DNA from: Zygophlyctis sp. KS116
Taxonomy: Eukaryota > Fungi > Chytridiomycota
Assembly: GCA_054661495.1 (NCBI GenBank)
Contig: BAAFSQ010000010.1
Location: 55,125 to 87,124, forward strand
Reading direction: 5' to 3'
Length of the DNA: 32,000 nt
Below are positions 1 through 11,800 of this stretch, piece after piece. The translations under genes were made by a program, and so were the position numbers. The notes beneath the pieces are model-generated. The model had not been told where the DNA came from and ran no database searches. It saw only the letters and a program-made list of their open reading frames with translations. Positions within the stretch are counted from its first letter, which is position 1. Every line of letters begins with the position of its first letter.

Positions 1-1108
1 TTTACCTTGTTTGAGGATGTAAGAGGAGATTGTTTATCTAAATTGTCCATTATTGTAGGAGTAGTAGAGATCGTAAAAGTTTTAGACTCGTACAGAGACT
101 TAAATTTCTTAGCATTCTGAATTAAGTCCTGAATTGTCATTCCAATTTCTGACAATCGTGGATAATGCATAAGCAGCGTTAACGATCCTGAATAATCACT
201 TTCAATCACTAAATTTTGAACTTATTAAATTCTTACAAGACTTTTTTATAGCCAACAGCATTGCAACACAAATCCATTCAACAAGATTCAAATTGGAATT
301 GTTTTCAAATATACCATCCCACAATTCAATTATCTCATCGATTTCAAATTCTCTTGAGAATAATAACCTTAGCCATCGTCTTAAGTTAGATTCATTTAAA
401 ATTCTTACAATCCGTATAATTGCGGCTCGATACTTAAAAAATCCAAATGAGTAAATAATTCGCGATCAAGAACTTGAATGATATCCCCTTGAATTCTTTT
501 GCAAGTTGCAATAATCGGAGTCATTGTTTCCTAAATATTAAATATTATTTTTGTACCTGATCTACATACTCTGCTTTAACTTCATACCAAGGCTTGACTG
601 ATCTCATCAGACTTAAAAACAGAATTCCAGCATCATACTCCACAAAATCTTCATCAACAACTGAATCAAATAGTGGATCTGACCTTGATTTTGCGTCTCC
701 AATTACTACATAGTAAATAACAGCAGCCAATTCGTGCATGCCTTGGCGATAACCAACATCCGGATTTAATTTACACCAAAGAAAAAGTATTTTTCCCAAT
801 ACTTGTTGAATTTTGAGGTCCCTGAATATCGGCAACGAGGGAAATGTACGTATCACATCTTGATGTATAATAGTTTTTAGCTCATTGTCTTTAAACTTTT
901 GATTCCAGGGATTCGCTTCTGACTGATTTAAAGGATTATTAACATCGAGATCAGTCAATTCTTCTGTCGGATCCATGTCGAATCTGGCCTTTAAGTCTTT
1001 ATAACCGTCTCGTGCTGTTAATAGACAAACACTCAGCTCTTGACTGGATGAAAAGGAAATCTGCATAGCCTTCTTCCATCTAACGCTAATCAAGGAATTC
1101 AATGTCAT
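1..1108 (-). CDS. TBC-domain Rab GTPase-activating protein, TBC1D5-like (3' end runs off the window)
   Basis: TBC motifs IHQDVIRTFP and YRQGMHELAA; YGLRWLRLLFSREF forms after splicing introns 531-556, 380-408 and 209-236. Another donor lies at about position 5. Confidence 0.88.
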
Positions 1109-1180
1109 ATTCTATAGAAAAAGTATGGAGTAAGAATTGAATTGTTTGTTTGAGGCACGCGATAGCAATAATTATTTGGA

Positions 1181-3527
1181 ATGAAGAGCCTGCAGAAAAG
1201 ATTTGGATTGCCTAATTTACCAGGGAATGATAAAAAAGCGATCGGCAAATCTAAAATAGATTCTAGTTCTGCGATTGCAAATAATGAAAAGATATCGGAC
1301 AATACTGCAATAAAGGTAGATGATGGAGGCAATGGAGAAAAGAAAACTAGACGACCATTGTTGAAATCAAAAGCTCAATCATTTCAAAATGGAGGGCAAA
1401 TCGCTGATAATGCTCTTGATGCAGATTCATCTAATGATGGAGAATTGTCGTACGCAGTTGGACGATTCGGACAGAATTTTTCTATTTCAGGTCCTTCCCA
1501 AACCAGACAAAGACCATCTTTGATTTGTGATAAAAATGAAGCTCTTCATGCAGAATATATGACAGAGCCACTGTACACTTTAGGAAAGATGGGACCCAGT
1601 CTATCTGTATCCGGTCCTTCATCAAACAGAAGACGTCCATCATTGACTCCTGATATTTCAGATCAAAATGTTCTGCCTGAAGATGCTGCACACAGAATAC
1701 GAGGTAAATCTTTAGTAATGGAGGACCAATTAACGGCGGCAAATGGATCAAATGGATCTTTTTTAAATGCAAGGCGTCGCTCATTGGTGGCAAATGATAT
1801 TTTAGGGAATGGATCAGTTGATCTAATTACTCGGGAATATGGAACCAAAAACAATGCAAAAAGCTCATCCCAGGTAAATTTAGAAGAAAGAAGTATTTCA
1901 GACAGAAAAAGACAAAGTATGAATTTAAAGGAAGCTAACAATTTGATCAATAAGCCTCAAAGACTACTTCCTGATGATTTAATGGAAAAATATAATCAAA
2001 GGACTATAAAATCGGAAACTGTAGTTGTATCTTCTGCGCATACAAAAGAATTGGTACCATCAGAGGAAGCTTTGAATCAAGTGGAGGAAAAACTCCCAAA
2101 TATCGATGCCTCAAACACCCCCATTTTGAGTAAAGCAAAAAGGCTATGGAAATTGGCGATTTGTCAAACAATTGTTGGTTTAAGGTTTATAAGTCTCAAT
2201 GAAGAGCTGCGAGCAAAAGGTATGAATATACAAAGGGCAAAGGCTTTGGAAGCTGAAGGATTATCCGTTCTTTTATCATCTGCAAACATTAGCAAAGGGG
2301 ATCCTACTATTTCAGCAAAGGTAGCACACTCCAACTTTATTAATTTAAAGATTAAAGAACTTACCTGTAAAAAAGATCGCTCCGATGAAGACATTGAGGC
2401 CCTGGAGAGAATTCTTTCTATAAAAAACAGAGCTTTTGGACGTTTTTCGATGGATCAAAGATTAAAGTTTTGCAAAATATTGCAGTATGAGAATTACAAA
2501 GGAGTATTTTTTTTAAAATCTTAATTTTAGGAAAGAATGATTGTAAAAGAAGGGCACGTTTCTTGGGCATTCTATTTTATTCTAAGTGGCCAAGGTTAGT
2601 TTCGAACATTTCTTATTCTAAGTCGAAATTTTTAAAGTGAAAGATAACCTCAAATATAGAGTAATCAATAATTTAGACTAAAAATAGCTTAATATAATTG
2701 GTGCTGGTGCTTCTTTTGGTGATCGAACAATGAATATGCTGAATGATAAGCGAACAGCCTCAGTTGCATCCACAATGGATGTGGAACTTCTCAAAATTGA
2801 TAAATCGGATTTCTTTGATATAACAAACGTTAGAGACGAAAAAGGGATTGCAAGTCGTTCCGCAAAAATTTTGCAAGTACCACATTTCTCTACAGCTCCG
2901 GGTGGTTTCGTAGAACGTATTGCACCTTTTGCCCAGGTCATAACTTATGAGCCTAACGAATACATTCTTCATGAAACTGTAGATAATAATAAAATATTCT
3001 GGCTGCTAAAGGGAACATGTCACTGTATCAAAATGCTACCTTTTGTGAAGAAGACACTTAACGAAAACTATGGTGGTAAAACAGTCCAAATCAACCCCTT
3101 TCAACTTGGAAAAACTGCATTAGAAACAGGTGATGAATTTTTCTATGAATTCGCAACAACGCATGAAGTTGAAATAGGAAGTAACTTTCCTGAACTTCCA
3201 GCCCCATTGGGAAGCTCAATAACTGAGCCGGTATTCTACGTGAACAAAAAGGATTACCTGGAACAGCTTCGAAACGAAGATCCGTTTGATTTAAATAGCA
3301 AATCTGCTGTTTCAATTGTTGCAAAAACTAAGGTTGAAGTTATTTGCATTAATCGCGTTGATTATGCGGTTCTAGCCAGCAACGACATGATTCTATCAAT
3401 CATAAATTCCAAAGACCTATACAGAATACCAATATTGCAGCTTCAGGAATCATACTTGGAATCAAGAAAGTGGAATGCATTCAAAAAGAAGGTCGTTGCA
3501 GATGTTTGTAAAGATAAACGTAAATAG
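1181..3527 (+). CDS. Cyclic nucleotide-binding domain protein (CNBD2-like, two cNMP domains, long disordered N-terminus)
   Basis: Introns 2504-2530, 2595-2622 and 2661-2687 (plus probable in-frame 2321-2350) join the ORFs. This gives IVKEGH..FYFILSGQVEI..GASFGD..KRTASV and a second domain YEPNEYILHE..FWLLKGTC. Confidence 0.8.
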
Positions 3528-3532
3528 AGTCC

Positions 3533-4354
3533 ATGACATTCCTGCCACCAAACCTTGCATTAATGTTGAGATCTTCGTCCTTCCTATCACAACAGGTTGC
3601 ACAGGTAGCACATGCATTACTAATCAAAGTCTATTGATGTAGATCTTATGGATCATAAAGTTGGTGGATTTTTCATTGAGCAGCTAATGGAGCTCGCAGG
3701 GCTAAGTTGTGCACAAGTCATACAAAAAGAATACGGCCCCGATAGATTTAAAGATGTATTAGTCTGTGCCGGACCAGGTAAATATACAGAAATATTAATT
3801 ATAAGGCAATAACGGCGGTGATGCATTGGTTGCAGCTCGGCATTTATCACATTTCGGATACAATCCATCTGTGATTTGTCCCAAACTTCCCAATAAACCA
3901 TTATTTCAGGTAAATAAAATAAGCAATCAAATCATAGAATCTGGTTACACAATGTCAAAATTTAAATATTCCATTTCTTGAGGGATCAATCTCACAATAT
4001 TTTCAAAGCCATTCACTAATTCTTGATGGAATATTTGGCTTTAGTTTTAAAGGAGCTATTAGAGCTCCATTTGATGATATCATCGTGAATTTAAAAACGT
4101 GCAATCTTCCTATAGTTTCAATAGACATACCATCAGGATGGGATGTGGAATTAGGAAATATTGAAAGAAAAGGATTGGAACCATCACTTTTAATATCTCT
4201 CACTTTTCCCAAAAAATGTGCTACTCAATTTTGTGGGAAACATTACATAGGTGGTAGATTTTTACCTGATTCGATTGCAAAGAAATATGGGATTAACGCT
4301 CCGGTATTTCCCAATGCAGACCAATTTGTTGATATAACAGAATTGAAAGAATAA
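3533..4354 (+). CDS. NNR1: NAD(P)H-hydrate epimerase (YjeF-N, NAXE/Nnr1)
   Basis: Introns 3605-3629, 3778-3805 and 3910-3937 give [40 protein letters not shown] and [11 protein letters not shown]. Alternative start ATG at 3563. Confidence 0.92.
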
Positions 4355-4464
4355 ATATGGTAGATAAACATTTCTTTTCGTGAAGATCGTGATCAAATCG
4401 TGAAAACTACGCAACCAACACTCCCATATCCAATCTATTTAAAAAATTAAAAAAATCTAAGAAA

Positions 4465-4494
4465 GGGGCCCTAGGGGAATCGAACCCGGACCTG
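4465..4494 (-). pseudogene. Diverged 3' half of a tRNA-Pro (variable loop, T-arm, acceptor strand)
   Basis: Minus strand reads CAGGTCCGGGTTCGATTCCCCTAGGGCCCC; the intact gene reads CAGGTCCGGGGTTCGATTCCCCGAGAGCCCC. No adjacent 5' half. Confidence 0.7.
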
Positions 4495-4581
4495 TCTTAA
4501 GAAAGGAGTACATAAAGCGGTATAAATGGTGTATCAGTTTATGTGCGTCAATTTAGTGAACCCTAATTTTCAGAAAATAAC

Positions 4582-4653
4582 GGGTTCTTGGTTTAGTGGT
4601 ATAATGGCCGCTTTGGGTGCGGCAGGTCCGGGGTTCGATTCCCCGAGAGCCCC
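4582..4653 (+). tRNA. tRNA-Pro(UGG)
   Basis: Acceptor stem GGGTTCT/AGAGCCC, anticodon arm GCCGC-TT-TGG-GT-GCGGC, T-arm CGGGG-TTCGATT-CCCCG, followed by T-runs (Pol III terminator). Confidence 0.95.
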
Positions 4654-5333
4654 TTTTATTTTTTTATTTTTCTCATGGGATAAAGCTCTCTATCGTATAT
4701 TCTACAATCATAATCACGACAGACATCGAATGCATCAATCAGCTACTGAAATGAACATGTTCACGAGAAGAACCTACTTCATAATTTTCATCACCAATGG
4801 CTACCCATGGAACATTTTTAGCCTTGTTTTTGGTTAAATGGGCTTTTATCATTTCCAATATTGATAGCACCAATAAGCATCTTATTCGAAATATCATCCA
4901 AATATCCAATTTTAGCCAAGTATCGGCCATCGAAATATGATCAGTCCTACATTTTCTCGTGACTTTTATAAGAATAGGGACGTTTTCATACTTAACTGCA
5001 GTTGCTGGGCGATTGGCACCCAAAGCGGACTCCTGAAAATCACCCTGGTCCCAGACATTTAAAAGAGATCGTAGATATGGTTGAAATGTAATGCAGCATT
5101 AAGTGGTGAAAATGTCGATGATAATGGTAGCCTATAATCAGCTAATTAGAAAAAATGATTGATGCCACAATCAAAAACGTGTTTCAAAGTTAAGAAACCG
5201 ATAGAGGAAATAAAGTATATTAACTGAGAAATGGCTGCTGAATGAGTGGCTAAAGAGATCAAGTGATGGTCCGTTTCAGCTCTAAAGGCTTTCCGCAAAT
5301 TTTGAAGTTTTTAAATTTTGCACAAAAAAGAGT

Positions 5334-7051
5334 ATGACAATCACTCGACCAGCCTCGATCTTATCCATTCCTGTGTATGAGGAATGGGATCATCAGGGGT
5401 TCAAAATGAAAGATGATCTATCACTGGAGCCGCTATACAATCCCCTAGAAATATCCAGTGATAATCCAGAAAATGACATTGACCCAAGCGATGTTGACAC
5501 AAAGGAACTGGTTGGTTGGTATTCTTACGGTTTTGCTGCAGAAGGTTTTGCGTAAGTTTTTAAAGGTCCTTATGTCTAGTGTTGTATCATTGGCCTTTTT
5601 AATCCCAATAATTTTAGAGCAATCAGTTGAATCTATCAGTTTTGAATTAGATAATCTCTCAATTCCATGCCAATCAGCTTCGGCTGATATAAAATGTGCT
5701 TTTAAATGGGGGAGTATTTGGATTGATACAACTGCTTATTCTTTTTATGTCAATGCTGTAGGGGTTGCTGCACAGGCATTGATTTTAATTGGAATGGGAT
5801 CACTGGCTGACCATGGATCTGCAAGGAAATCTTTGATGCTTACTTTTGGCATATTGGGTGGTTTATCCACATTATGCTTTATGTTTTTTAAAGATGCATC
5901 GCTATTTTGGGTTATTGCTTTATTATCTATTTTTTCAAATATTTGCTTTGGGACAAGTTGGGTTTTTTATAATGCATACCTTCCCGTACTTACTAGACAC
6001 CATAGGAAAGTTAAGCAGGCATATAAAGATGATCCGGCAAGTATTACTGCCATCTCTGACAAGATCGCAAATAGATTGTCAGCTAATGCATTTGGCTATG
6101 GGTACTCTGGTGGGATTTTGGCATTATTATGCACTGTAGCAATATTATTCAATATAGAAGGGGACTCATTATCAAAACTTTCAATTGCTGTTAGCTTCAC
6201 TGGGGCGTGGTGGCTCTTTTTCTTGATAATTTCGGTTGTGTATTTAAAGTCCAGACCAGGACCGCCTTTGCCAGAAGATGAAAGTTTTTTCATTTATTCC
6301 TACAAAAGAGGTAATTGAAGATAAAGTTTATCCTACTAGTATATCAGACTCTTCGAAAGGCCTCTAGATTTGCGGAAATAATGAAATATTTATCTGCATG
6401 GTTGTTGCTAAGTGACTCGGTTAATACGATTATCGTAGTTGCTGTAATTTTTGCGAAGACTGTTCTCGGTGCCTCTATTGAAACATTAATTTCCCTTTGC
6501 GGTCTGGTGCCCCTAAGTGCAATTTTTGGCGCATGTAAGATTATTTATTTTTTTAAATAAAGATGGTTTTCTGCTGATAAAAAAGTGGTTTTCTTTCCAG
6601 ACCAAAACAATGATCATCATCGTGGTATCGCTGCAAATACTGCTGCCTCTCTATGGTATTTTAGGGCTTTTTGCCCCCTTTGGTTTAGTTCATCAATGGG
6701 AACTATGGCTTGTCGCTATATATCATGGAATGCTCTTAGGAGCGATGCAGAGTTTCTCCAGAGTGTTTTATTCAGAGATGCTTCCTAAAGGAAGGTATTT
6801 CTATTCATATATTTAAAAATTATAGAGAGGCAGAGTTTTTCTCATTATATGCTCTTACAGACAAAGGTGCGTCTTGGATAGGACCTTTGGTTGTTGGATT
6901 AATAACTGATAGCACACATCAGATTAGATATTCATTTTTCTTTTTACTTGGTAGCATGATTGTTGCATTATTTATCATTTCTACTGTGAATCCAGAGAAG
7001 GGACGGCTAGAAGCGGCTGATTTAAGCAGACTAGTTTCAGACGAAAATTAA
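5334..7051 (+). CDS. ATG22: Atg22-like vacuolar amino-acid efflux MFS transporter
   Basis: KELVGWYSYGFAAEG, GSLADHG, LKSRPGPPLP, SFSRVFYSEMLPKGREAEFFSLYALTDKGASWIGP. Introns 5552-5579, 6311-6339, 6535-6562, 6795-6825. Confidence 0.9.
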
Positions 7052-7082
7052 TTATTTAATAAAAATATATCATCTTTCAAAA

Positions 7083-8309
7083 TCAAATTTCAGCTACATA
7101 ATTTCCAGGGAATTGACCGGTTAAGCCATTCACCTTGCCTGTCCACCAATCATTCTGATCCTCAGTTTTTTCCAAGACTTCAATCTTATCATCTCTTCTA
7201 AAAGTCAAATCTCCTTCAGCCTGAGCTTCATAATCATAGAGGGCAATGACATATTTTTTAGACTGATTGTTGACTTTTGGCAATGTTGCACCGATTGCAG
7301 AAATTGTAGTTAGTGGTGCAGCATTCTTAAATGATGTATTAATCGAATTTTCTGTTTGGTTGGATTCTTTGATTGAAATATTAGTATTTGATGCAGACTG
7401 ACTTAAAGCAGGTGGCTGACTATTTCCAGCTCCAGACTTTTTTCTAGGAATTGTAAGTTCATCCAATAAAGATGACGCTTCATCCCATTTCGCCACAAAT
7501 CCATTCATCGCAGAACAAGACATATCAAAATTGGCATCTGCCAGACTTCGCAGCTCCTTGTATAAAACTTCATAAACCTTTAATTGACAATGATAAAAAG
7601 TCGCAAAACAAGGATCAATGAATTCAATACGCAATTCCAAAAACATTGGTAATTCACTCTTTATGAGATTATTCTAAAAGATATTAAATCTGAAAAAAAT
7701 TACATAATTATTGTATTCTCTAGTAGCTGCATCAAATTGCGTTTCCAACTGCCCCAATTTCTTCTCATCTGAAGAAGTTCGGTCTTTTTTTTCTTTTAAT
7801 TTCTTGACTGCCTCTCTATAACGATCATAATCCACTAGCTTATGTGCTCTTTTAGTAAGATATTTTTTAACTTGTTCAAAAAGAGATAGATATTCTGCCG
7901 CTGGCGCAACAACCTGCCTTTCAATATCCAGTAAATGAGGCATGATTTCTTCCTTTACTCTATCCATCGAAATCTCCAATTGAGAAGCAGTTTCAATTTC
8001 CTTTGAAAAATTATTTCCTGATAAATCATTCATTGAAGATTTGGGAGTTCCAGACTTATTTGATGAAATTGGCTGAAACATTTCTACCAGAGTTTCAGCA
8101 AACTTTTTCTGATGATTAAGCATATCATTTAATGCATCTTTATATTTCCTTGAATCATCATGAAGTTTCTTAACGCAAGATTCTAGTCCCTTGTATGATT
8201 CAAATAAATCCACAAATTCCGCATCTACAGTCTCTTCAGTATACCCTGTTTTAGCCGATATTCTCTGAGGGAGTCTAGCAACAGCTTTAGTGAATCCTTT
8301 CCATGACAT
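7083..8309 (-). CDS. RVS167: Amphiphysin-family N-BAR plus SH3 protein (Rvs167/Hob1-like)
   Basis: MSWKGFTKAVARLPQ, KRAHKLVDYDRY and a C-terminal SH3 (ALYDYEAQAEGDLTF..WWTG..GQFPGNYV). Intron 7674-7703. Confidence 0.88.
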
Positions 8310-8316
8310 TTTCCTT

Positions 8317-8356
8317 TTTGGCGTGAGTTTCGCGTCAATTTGGCGTCAATTTCGTG
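8317..8356. promoter_or_regulatory. Four E2F/SCB-like boxes at 11-nt spacing in a 50-nt divergent spacer
   Basis: TTTGGCGT (8317), TTTCGCGT (8328), TTTGGCGT (8339) and TTTCGTG (8350), between the RVS167 and HNT2 start codons. Confidence 0.6.
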
Positions 8357-8359
8357 AAA

Positions 8360-8872
8360 ATGCGTTTTGGACCATGGCCAATCAGTTCAAATGAAATATT
8401 CTATAATTCCCTCTATTCTTATGGACTAGTTAATCTTAAACCTGTTGTTCCAGGTCATGTACTAGTAATCCCTAAAAGGATCATCTCTAGATTTCAAGAT
8501 CTTACTGCAGAAGAAGTTGAGGATCTATGGAGATCAGCACAAGAAATCGGAAAAGTAATCGAAAGAGAATATTCTGCAGAATCACTTACATTTACAATTC
8601 AAGATGGTCCAAGTGCAGGTCAAACTGTACCCCATGTTCACATTCACATAATTCCAAGGATTAAAGGAGATTGGATGGATAATGATGATATTTATCCTGC
8701 AATTAATAATGCAGAAAAGGAAATGTTTAATGATCTTAAAGTAAGAGCAGGACCTGATGCAGAATCTAGAAAGCCCAGGACTCAAGAAGAAATGGGCATA
8801 GAGTCTCAAAGATTAAAACAGTTTTTCAAGTTTCATTCAGATATATGGACTCATCAGAATCATCAGAATTAA
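8360..8872 (+). CDS. HNT2: FHIT/Hnt2 bis(5'-adenosyl)-triphosphatase (HIT family), intronless
   Basis: VNLKPVVPGHVLV, QDGPSAGQTVPHVHIHIIPR (histidine triad), RKPRTQEEM. ATG at 8360. Confidence 0.93.
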   Translation: MRFGPWPISSNEIFYNSLYSYGLVNLKPVVPGHVLVIPKRIISRFQDLTAEEVEDLWRSAQEIGKVIEREYSAESLTFTIQDGPSAGQTVPHVHIHIIPRIKGDWMDNDDIYPAINNAEKEMFNDLKVRAGPDAESRKPRTQEEMGIESQRLKQFFKFHSDIWTHQNHQN

Positions 8873-8890
8873 ATCGGCGCTTTAATAAAA

Positions 8891-11800
8891 ATGAATGAAA
8901 CTACTGATTTTGCAGATATTGAGAAGCAAAAGGAAAATATACAACCGTTAAAGCAGGGAAGAAGTGCTAAAATGCTATCATTATATTTATCGCCAGAGTC
9001 TGAAAGGCTCAAGCAGGAAAACGAGTCGCAATTTGAAGAGAAATTGAGGAATTTGGATGATGATGATGATCCGTTACAAGTTTATGTAAATTATGTACAT
9101 TGGATAGAGAATGCATACTCTTCCGGGCCTTCGCCGCTATTAAAAGTTGTAGAAAAAGCGGTTCGTCAGTTCAAGAATGATGCAAGATACAAAAACGATG
9201 CAAGATTTCTTAAATTATGGTTAATTGTTGCACATCAAGCAAAAGAACCGATAGATGTTTTTAAATATCTCTCTATTAACGGAATTGGCTCTCGTTTATC
9301 TTTATACTATGAGGAATACGCTCTGCTATTGGAAAAGAATGGTCGGTATGTATACAGAATTAAGAAAATAGGAATAAAGAAGCTATGGAATTATATAAAC
9401 ATGGGATTCAAAAAGGAGCGCAGCCTCTAGAAAGGCTAAATAGGAAATTTGTAGAGTTTCAAAAGAGAATGATTATTCTTCCTTCAGATCAGCAGTCTAA
9501 TCATACAGGAAGTTCTAGCTCTACAACTGTAAAAAAGGGACTTAAAAAATCTGTTCAAGTAACATCTTCAAAGATAAAAAAGGAATCTAAAGGCAAAGCA
9601 TTTGCTGTATTCAATGATGAAGAAGATGATTTAGCAGGGGAAAACTTATTGCCAAATGCAGATACTGCTAATACATGGTCCGAATATGCCAATGAAAGTG
9701 AAAGGGTCAAAGAGAATAAGCAGGAACCAACTCCTTGGACCGGTGCAACTTGTCCACAAATTCCAGTCGTCAAAAAGAATTACGAAAAGTTTAATGTTTT
9801 CCAAGATGATGTACGATTTAATAGTCTTATGTTAGGGTGAAAAGGATGATGTAGTCTCGAATGATAAAAGAAACGAAAGAGTGTTATCTTTGAAAACAAT
9901 AGTTGATGGTAAATATTCTTCCGGTTTTTTAATCACTTAGAAGATTTAGTTGATGGAATTATCAATGAAAAAGCTGCTACATCTTCCAAATCTGCTGTCA
10001 ACTTGAACGCTGCAAGTAAGCTGGCGTGTGATGAAAAATTAATAGTTAAGGATGGCAAAGAATGTTCGTTTGAGGAGGCTAGATATGAAATGCAAAGGAG
10101 ATTGCGGCAAGATAAAGTAAAAGTGAAGGAAAAAGAGTCTCAAAATATGAGTACCTTCATTAAGATGGAAAAAAAGTCTCAAAATACGAGTACCTTCATT
10201 CAGAAGGAAAAAGAGTCTCAAAATACGAGTACCTCCATCAAGAAGGAAAAAGAGCCTTCCCGTAGTGCCATTATTAATTCAAACAAGGAAAAAGAAGTGA
10301 AACATTGCGCGTCTCCTACAATCAATACAAAAGCGGCAATGCAGGATGTATTTGAAATGTTTAGTAAACCACTTAACGCTTCAGTATGGGAAGATGAAGA
10401 TGAAACAATTAGTGCAAAAGTATATCGCCCGGAAAGCTTCAAAATAGGTGTATTTCACGATGACGAGGAAGAAGAGAATGATTTACAGCCAAATGGCATA
10501 ACGAATCTTCAAATTCAAGATATTGAAAATTTACCAGATAAAGTCGCCAAAACACCAAAAATTCTCTCTACATATCCTCTACAGTCGACTCCATTGATAG
10601 GAATGATCAATGAAAACTTGGGAGATCCAAATCCTCCTGCAACGATAATACGCCCATCTTTGCGGCCGTTTGATATCATGACACCAATTACTGAAGTATC
10701 TGAAGATCGTACTTTTGCAGGCATATATTCGGATAAATTGGGTAGCTCGATTTCTGGAGATGATTCTAATGGAAGTTACTTTCATCCAAATCCCGCTCAA
10801 ACCGATGAATTATTTTCTCCATTTTCAAGAAGCATAATTTCTACCGACTTGTCCAAAAATGAATCTTCAATGGAAGTTTTAAATTCCCTCGAAGAAGCTA
10901 ATTTGGAAAAAGAAAATGAATGTACCTATGAAATGATGGACATACCGAATCCTTGTAATCCTTATGAAGATACAATTATTCAGGCTATTCTTGATAGTGT
11001 TCCAATCCCAGCTAATAGTGGATTGCATTCTTATCTCGGAGAAGCGATTGGGATACGTAAGGACTTGGACTCAGCGCTGTCTAGTGCATCTGCTTCGAAA
11101 TCTAAGCTTGATTTTGTTTTCACGTTAGGTCCTAAAGAGAAGTATAAGCTAATTAAAAAGATTGGGGAAGGAGGATATGGTCAAGTTTATTTGGTTACTC
11201 GCTTTAAAGCGGGTCTCTTGGCAGAACATGATGAAGACTATACGGTGAATTGCACTTTTTCAAGCAAAAAACCAGTTTTACCATCATTAGCACTTAAACT
11301 AGAAACTCCTCCGGCCCCGTGGGAATTCTATATTCTATCATTGCTTAGATCCAGGTTGCCAAATCGAGTGAATGATGCTATTGCCAAGCCTATTTCTTGC
11401 TATCTTTATAAAGATGAATCAGCTCTATTAATGGAATATATGAATCAAGGAACGCTACTTAATTGTGTAAACTTAGCTCACTCTGGCGGTTATGGAGCTG
11501 GATCTTCATCTGGAGCCACTATGATCAATGGTCAAGCTGGTGTAGATGAACTCCTAGCTGCTTTTTGGACTATTGAACTACTGCGGATAATTGAGACCAT
11601 ACATGCAGCAGGCGTCATTCATGGGGATGTTAAGGTATATTCTTGATGTTTTAATTATCCAGCCTGATAACGTAATGATTCGTATGCTTGACGGCGGCTC
11701 TGATTGGGATTCTATATATCGTTCAGATGGAAGTGCTGGCTGGAATTCTAAAGGATTATCTTTAATTGATTGGGGCTCTGCAATTGATGTATTATCATTT

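Noticed and set aside
4526-4837. 103-aa plus-strand ORF
   Set aside because: It runs through the tRNA-Pro gene and its terminator, with no protein features.
5248-5270. GGCTAAAGAGATCAAGTG resembling U2 snRNA
   Set aside because: It lacks the branch-pairing GTAGTA and the U2 5' end.
10126-10254. CRISPR-like array
   Set aside because: The units are contiguous in-frame coding repeats without spacers, in a eukaryotic gene.
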